Assembly (NCBI GenBank): GCA_965662235.1
Contig: CBFIGY010000001.1
Span: 128,001 to 192,000 of the forward strand
DNA from: an uncultured bacterium
GTDB taxonomy: Bacteria > SAR324 > NAC60-12
DNA length: 64,000 nt
Direction: 5' to 3'
How positions within the stretch are numbered: position 1 is the stretch's first letter; each line of letters begins with the position of its first letter. Position numbers and translations under genes: made by a program. The notes beneath the pieces were generated by a model that searched no databases, was not told the DNA's origin, and saw only the letters and a list, made by a program, of their open reading frames with translations. Shown piece after piece: positions 58,859 to 64,000 of this stretch.

Positions 58859-60229
58859 TTAGAACGAGACTAGGTAACTCAGATTGAACGTAATGCCGAG
58901 GTACACCGAGATTCCCAAGATGTCGTTGGCCGTGGTAATGAAGGGTCCGGTCGCCAGGGCCGGGTCAATGTGCAGCCGTTTGAGAAGAATCGGCACGGAG
59001 GCACCAATGGAAGCAGCAATGCAGACAACTGCAATCAGCGCAAGGGACGCACTCAGAGCGGTTGTGGGGTTTCGGGTGATGAACCAGTTCATCAGCCCCA
59101 GCAACGAGGCGCAGATCAGGCCATTCACCAGGGCCACCCGCAGCTCCTTCCAGAGCCGGATCAGCAGGTCAGAGGTCTGGATGGCCCCTGTCGCCAGCCC
59201 CCGGACCATAATGGAGGAGGACTGGATGCCGACGTTTCCCCCGAACGCCGCAATGAGGGGAATGAAGTACGCCGTCTCCGGCATGGTAGAGAGGGCCTTG
59301 CCAAATCCATTCATCACCAGTGCGGCAAAAAACCCGCCGACCATGCTCAGAAAGAGCCAGGGCAGGCGTTCTCGGGTTGTCCGGAAGATGGAAGTTTCCA
59401 TGACCTCCTCACCGCCGGTTCCCGCAAACTGCCCCAGGTCCTCATGGTGCTCTTCGTAAAGAACGTCCACGAGGTCGTCAATGGTGATGCGTCCGGCCAG
59501 CCGGAGGTGCTTGTCAATCACCGGAACCACCACAAGGTCGTATTCCTTGGCCACCCGCGCCACCTCTTCCTGGTCGAGGTCAATGTCCACAGCCACCACA
59601 TCCGGGTTCATGATGGTGGCAATGGGAACGCTCCGGTCCGCCAGCAGCAGCTCGGTCACCGAGACCGTGCCAATGAGGTGCTGGAACTCATCCACTACGT
59701 AAGCGGTATAGAACATTTCAAAGCCCTCCCGCTGCGTGTAGCGCCGGATGCTGCGGATGGCCTGCCCCACCGACTGGTCCTTACGGATGGCAACGACGTA
59801 GGACGTCATTAGGCCTCCGGCACTCTCCTCATCGTACTGCAGGAGGTTGTGGACCTCAGCCCGGTCCTTGGCCGGAAGGGTCTCTAGCAGGGCATCTGCC
59901 TGCGTGTCATCGAGGATGGAAACGATGTCAGCGGCGTCATCATCGTCCATTTCTCCAATGATGCCCGAAAGCTGCTCGTGCGTGAGTCCGCCGATCAGGT
60001 CGGAGAGAACGGTGGAGGAGTCGTGGAGGTTGGAAAGAACGTCAGAGGCTTTTTCGGGAGCCAGAAGCTCAAACACCACCAGCTGATGCTTGAGCTTGAG
60101 TTGGAGGAGGATCTGGGCGATCTCAACGCCATTGAGGGTGTCCAGCAGGCTCTTGAGGACCTGCGGACGTCCTGTCGTGATGAGGCGCTTGACGACCTTG
60201 TCATAGCGAGGATCATGCATTTTCGCCAT
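58859..60229 (-). CDS. mgtE: Magnesium transporter MgtE
   Basis: DDAAD, SAGGLMT, CBS pair, ITIDD, GGNVG.QS and DPALATGPFITT.ND. Confidence 0.96.
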   Translation of the reverse strand: MAKMHDPRYDKVVKRLITTGRPQVLKSLLDTLNGVEIAQILLQLKLKHQLVVFELLAPEKASDVLSNLHDSSTVLSDLIGGLTHEQLSGIIGEMDDDDAADIVSILDDTQADALLETLPAKDRAEVHNLLQYDEESAGGLMTSYVVAIRKDQSVGQAIRSIRRYTQREGFEMFYTAYVVDEFQHLIGTVSVTELLLADRSVPIATIMNPDVVAVDIDLDQEEVARVAKEYDLVVVPVIDKHLRLAGRITIDDLVDVLYEEHHEDLGQFAGTGGEEVMETSIFRTTRERLPWLFLSMVGGFFAALVMNGFGKALSTMPETAYFIPLIAAFGGNVGIQSSSIMVRGLATGAIQTSDLLIRLWKELRVALVNGLICASLLGLMNWFITRNPTTALSASLALIAVVCIAASIGASVPILLKRLHIDPALATGPFITTANDILGISVYLGITFNLSYLVSF

Positions 60230-60248
60230 GAGAACCCGTCGGCGTGAC

Positions 60249-61742
60249 TCAGTTCCAGCGAGCGACCAGATCCGTCAGGAGCCGCACCCCTACGCCAGTT
60301 GCCGAACCGCTGGGGTGGTAGTCCACGTGCTTGACGCTCCAGGCAGCGCCAGCAATGTCGAGGTGCACCCACGGGGTGTCTCCCACAAAGTGCTCCAGGA
60401 AGGCTCCGCCGATGATCGTGCCGGCGTCTCCGTCTCCGATGTTACGGAGGTCCGCATGCTTGCCCTTGAGGGACTCGGCATATTCCGGATAGTTCGGAAG
60501 CTCCCAAACGCGCTCGCCACTCACAGTGGCGGCGGCCCGGACCTTGTCCATGAGGGCGGTGTTGTTGGTCACGGCACCACAGGCCTGGTGCCCCAGCGCC
60601 ACAATGCAGGCTCCTGTCAGCGTGGCCAGGTCCACAATGGCCTGCGGCTTGTACTGATCAACGACATACGCCAGGGCATCTCCCAGCACCAGCCGTCCCT
60701 CGGCATCGGTGTTGAGGATCTCCACCGTCTTGCCGTTGTAGGCCTTCACGATGTCCCCAGGCCGTTGCGCCTTGCCGTCTGGCATGTTTTCAGACGCGGC
60801 CACCACGCCAATGACGTTCACCTTGGGCTTGACCTGCGCAATCGCCTGCATGGCACCAATGACCGCCGCGGAGCCGCACATGTCAAACTTCATCTCATCC
60901 ATGCCCTTGCCGGGCTTGAGCGAAATGCCTCCGGAGTCAAAGGTGATGCCCTTGCCCACCAGAGCGATGGTTTCTTCGGCCTTTTCGTGGTGGTACTCCA
61001 TGATGATCAGCTTGGCCGGCTCTTCGGCTCCCACGCTCACGCCCAGCAGCATGTTCATGCCCAGCTTCTTCATGTCCGACTCTTCCAGCACACTGAACTT
61101 CAGCTTCTGCTTCTTGGACATCGCCTCCGCCCGCTTGGCCAGTTCCTTCGGAGAGAGCACATTGGGAGGCGTGTTTCCCAGCGTCCGGGCAAAGTTGGTG
61201 GCCTCGGCTCGGAACGTCCCACTCTTCACGGCCTTGGCATCGGTGATGCCGTCCGGATCCACAAGACGCACCTTCACGTTTTTCGGTGCCTCGGCAGAGT
61301 CATTGGTCTTAAACTCCACAAACTCGTAGGACCCGAGGCTGAGTCCTTCAGCCAGAACCGCCCCCGCCGGCTGAGCCGTCACCAGCCCCATGAACTCCGG
61401 AACCGGCACGACCACCTCGGTGACCTTCAGGGAGCCCAGCAGCTTCCCGGCCTTTCCGGCAGCCCGGCGCAGCGTCTCAGCATCCAGATCCTGCTTGGGT
61501 CCCAGCCCCACCACCAGCACCTGCCCCAGGTTCTTGGCGCCGGTGACCACGTGGTGCGTGCTCCCTTTCTTTCCCGAGAACACCTTCAGCTTCTTGGCTG
61601 CTTCCAACTGGCTCAGCGCCTCTTCCGGAAGCCCTGTCAGTCCACAGGCGTTCCAGTCCAAGTCTTCAGCTACAAACGCCAGGAGCGCGCCCGCCTTTTC
61701 TTCCGCCAGTGCTTTTGTGCTGTAATCAAGTTTCAGTTCCAT
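60249..61742 (-). CDS. pepA: Leucyl aminopeptidase (M17)
   Basis: GKGITFDSGG.SLK, MKFDMCG, NTDAEGRLVL.D, ATLTGA and HLDIAG. Confidence 0.97.
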   Translation of the reverse strand: MELKLDYSTKALAEEKAGALLAFVAEDLDWNACGLTGLPEEALSQLEAAKKLKVFSGKKGSTHHVVTGAKNLGQVLVVGLGPKQDLDAETLRRAAGKAGKLLGSLKVTEVVVPVPEFMGLVTAQPAGAVLAEGLSLGSYEFVEFKTNDSAEAPKNVKVRLVDPDGITDAKAVKSGTFRAEATNFARTLGNTPPNVLSPKELAKRAEAMSKKQKLKFSVLEESDMKKLGMNMLLGVSVGAEEPAKLIIMEYHHEKAEETIALVGKGITFDSGGISLKPGKGMDEMKFDMCGSAAVIGAMQAIAQVKPKVNVIGVVAASENMPDGKAQRPGDIVKAYNGKTVEILNTDAEGRLVLGDALAYVVDQYKPQAIVDLATLTGACIVALGHQACGAVTNNTALMDKVRAAATVSGERVWELPNYPEYAESLKGKHADLRNIGDGDAGTIIGGAFLEHFVGDTPWVHLDIAGAAWSVKHVDYHPSGSATGVGVRLLTDLVARWN

Positions 61743-61861
61743 GAATCATCCTTAAAGACGGTGCCGGAAGCACTCGTGGTTGTGTTGTCTGTAAAAACCG
61801 CCAAAATAGAAGAAACGCGCTTGAACGCTCAAGCCAAATTCCCCTGTTGCTGCAAATCACT

Positions 61862-62689
61862 ATGCCTGAAGGCCCTGAAATCCGGCAAGCGGCCGACCGC
61901 CTCGACCGGGCTGTTGGGAAAAGGATCTGCACCGAAGTCTACTTCGAGTTTGAGCGCCTCAAGGTCTATGAGCCCGAGTTGACCGGCCAGGCGATCACGC
62001 AGGTGACCTCACGGGGAAAAGCGATGCTGACCCGCTTTGCCAACGGATGGAGCATCTACAGCCACAACCAGCTCTACGGACGCTGGATGGTCCGGAAGCC
62101 CTACGCGTTTCCGCAAACCAACCGGCAGCTCCGGCTGGCGCTGCACACCGAACACCGTTCCGCGCTCCTCTACAGCGCCTCCGACATCGATGTGCTCCGG
62201 ACGGAAGAAGAGGCCCAGCACCCGTTTTTGCAGAAGCTGGGCCCCGACCTGCTGGACCCGGCCACCACCGTCGAGGCGGTGACGGATCGCTTCACCGACC
62301 GGACCTTTCGGCGCCGGCAGCTGGGCAGCCTCTTGCTGGACCAGGGCTTTCTGGCCGGGCTCGGGAACTACCTCCGGAGTGAGATCCTCTTTGTCGCCAG
62401 ACGGATGCCCCAGCAGCAACCGCAGCACCTTGCGCCCGAATCGCTGCAACGCCTGGCCACCGCCTGCCTGGACCTGACCCGTCAGTCGTATCAATCCGGT
62501 GGCATCACCAACGACCTGGATGCAGCACAGGCTCTTCACGCCCAGGGCTTTTCCCGGAGCCAGTACCGGCACTGGGTGTTTGCCCGCGAGCGTCAACCCT
62601 GCTGGACGTGCACCACGCCAATTGAGCGAATCGACTGCGCGTCCCGGCGGCTCTACTTCTGCCCCTCCTGCCAGGCCACCACTCCATGA
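61862..62689 (+). CDS. nei: Endonuclease VIII
   Basis: N-terminal MPEGPEI, RGKAML, SHNQLYG.W, LYSASDI, AGLGNYLRSEIL and a C4 zinc finger. Confidence 0.95.
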   Translation: MPEGPEIRQAADRLDRAVGKRICTEVYFEFERLKVYEPELTGQAITQVTSRGKAMLTRFANGWSIYSHNQLYGRWMVRKPYAFPQTNRQLRLALHTEHRSALLYSASDIDVLRTEEEAQHPFLQKLGPDLLDPATTVEAVTDRFTDRTFRRRQLGSLLLDQGFLAGLGNYLRSEILFVARRMPQQQPQHLAPESLQRLATACLDLTRQSYQSGGITNDLDAAQALHAQGFSRSQYRHWVFARERQPCWTCTTPIERIDCASRRLYFCPSCQATTP

Positions 62690-63132
62690 AGATTTACCTG
62701 GAAACTCCCGTCGCCGGAAATTTTCGTGAGGTCTTTGCCCAGTTCGACAAAGCCCTCTTCGTCAAGCTGACTCCGCCCTTTCCCCCTGTGGAACTGCTGC
62801 GCTTCGACGGCAGCCGGGTGGGCGATCAGTACCACATTGACCTCAAGCTTCCGTTCCTGCGCCAAACGTGGCAAGGTCACATTACGGAAGCAGGGGAATC
62901 GGAGACGGAGTGCTGGTTTGTAGATGAAGGCCTGCGGCTTCCGTTTTTTCTCAAGTCCTGGCACCACCGCCACACCGTCCGGCAGCAAGGAGACCACTGT
63001 GTCATCATTGACGACATCACCTATGAGGCCCCGTTTGCCGTGCTGTCGTACCTCCTTCACCCCACGATGTGGCTTCAGTTTGCGTACCGCAAGCCCCTGT
63101 ACCGCAAGGTCTTTGGTTCCCCCTCTCGCTAA
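62686..63132 (+). CDS. SRPBCC/START-like protein
   Basis: L.PP, FVDEG..LPF...W.H.H and IIDDI.Y. Confidence 0.75.
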   Translation: MKIYLETPVAGNFREVFAQFDKALFVKLTPPFPPVELLRFDGSRVGDQYHIDLKLPFLRQTWQGHITEAGESETECWFVDEGLRLPFFLKSWHHRHTVRQQGDHCVIIDDITYEAPFAVLSYLLHPTMWLQFAYRKPLYRKVFGSPSR

Positions 63133-63189
63133 CCTCCTGTTCGGAGCGTTTTGAATTTCGCTATCCTTAACTTCATTGAAGGCATCCTC

Positions 63190-64000
63190 ATGAAAGCAGA
63201 AGCGCCTAAAGCCATCCGGCTGCAAGACTACACTCCTCCTGCGTTTGAGGTCGAATTCATAGACCTGTACGTTGAGCTGAATGACCACGAAACCCTGGTC
63301 ACCGCCACTCAGAAGCTCCGGCGGCTCAGTGACGCCCCTGCACCGCTGGTGCTCAACGGGCAGGAGCTGGAGTTGCTGGAAGTCTCCCTCAATGGCGAAC
63401 CGCTTCCCCGCAACGCCTACCAGGTCAGTGACGACTTCCTGACCCTCCCGGACCCTCCGGACGAGTTCACCCTGCAGACGGTGGTCCGCATTCATCCGGA
63501 AAAGAACACGGCACTGGAAGGACTCTACCGCTCCGGGAGCATGTTCTGCACCCAGTGTGAGGCAGAAGGCTTCCGCAAGATCACCTACTTCCCCGACCGT
63601 CCGGATGTGATGACCACCTTCACCACCACCGTGGAGGCCGACGCCAAGAAGTACCCGGTTCTGCTGTCCAACGGCAATCCTGTTGACTCCGGAACCCTGG
63701 AAACCGGACGGCACTGGGTCCGCTGGGAAGACCCCTTCCGGAAGCCTGCCTACCTGTTTGCGCTGGTGGCCGGCGACCTAGGGGTGCTCGAAGATACCTT
63801 CACCACCGCCTCCGGACGCTCGGTGGCGCTGCGCATTTACTCTGAGCATGAAAACGTCCCCCGCCTCGGGTACGCCATGACGTCGCTCCAGCAGTCGATG
63901 CAGTGGGATGAGGAACGCTTTGGCCGGGAGTATGACCTAGACATCTACATGATTGTCGCCGTCAACGATTTCAACTTTGGCGCCATGGAAAACAAGGGGC
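63190..64000 (+). CDS. pepN: Aminopeptidase N (5' part; runs off the right edge)
   Basis: Manual translation from ATG 63190: MKAEAPKAIRLQDYTPP...NTALEGLY.S...CTQCEAEGFR.ITYFPDRPDVM...LSNGN...DPF.KP.YLFALVAG...FNFGAMENKG. Confidence 0.97.
   Translation, partial: MKAEAPKAIRLQDYTPPAFEVEFIDLYVELNDHETLVTATQKLRRLSDAPAPLVLNGQELELLEVSLNGEPLPRNAYQVSDDFLTLPDPPDEFTLQTVVRIHPEKNTALEGLYRSGSMFCTQCEAEGFRKITYFPDRPDVMTTFTTTVEADAKKYPVLLSNGNPVDSGTLETGRHWVRWEDPFRKPAYLFALVAGDLGVLEDTFTTASGRSVALRIYSEHENVPRLGYAMTSLQQSMQWDEERFGREYDLDIYMIVAVNDFNFGAMENKG

Noticed and set aside
60228..61982. 584-aa + strand ORF
   Set aside because: Antisense shadow of pepA; no recognisable domain.
62653..63714. 353-aa minus-strand ORF
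   Set aside because: Antisense to the SRPBCC gene and the clear pepN frame.

Overview
A GC-rich (about 60-63% by eye), densely coding chromosomal segment from a Gram-negative bacterium (lnt, lolC/E, sigma54-type promoters). The gene styles suggest a delta-proteobacterium-like lineage such as SAR324, but that is only an impression. I found no rRNA, intact tRNA, CRISPR array, integrase or transposase. Left to right: partial glnA; lipA-aroA-MOSC-cobQ; an accessory patch (SutA-like small protein, T7-lysozyme-like amidase, hypothetical protein, orphan DNA-phosphorothioation-associated methyltransferase fused to an M15-like peptidase); envelope and metabolic singletons; ArgD with an extra N-terminal domain; an ABC exporter + secreted DxDxDG protein + two-component system module; urtABCDE; an operon of a 2OG-Fe(II) oxygenase + BMP nucleoside-binding protein + ureABCEFGD; a GntR-mtnK-sugar ABC module; lolC/E, alaS and a stand-alone rpsD; efp, then a giant class I adenylate-cyclase-like nucleotidyltransferase, then epmA; marC, lnt, mgtE, pepA, nei and partial pepN. 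The strongest leads are: (1) the ~1270-aa cyclase-like protein inside the EF-P/EpmA locus; (2) a window-wide excess of the palindrome TCCGGA, plus a CCTAG/CTAGG mutational footprint; (3) the orphan PT-associated methyltransferase-peptidase next to a phage-type amidase; (4) paired 17-bp sites and sigma54 promoters shared by glnA and the oxygenase-urease operon. All family calls come from motif recognition by eye, not from database searches.
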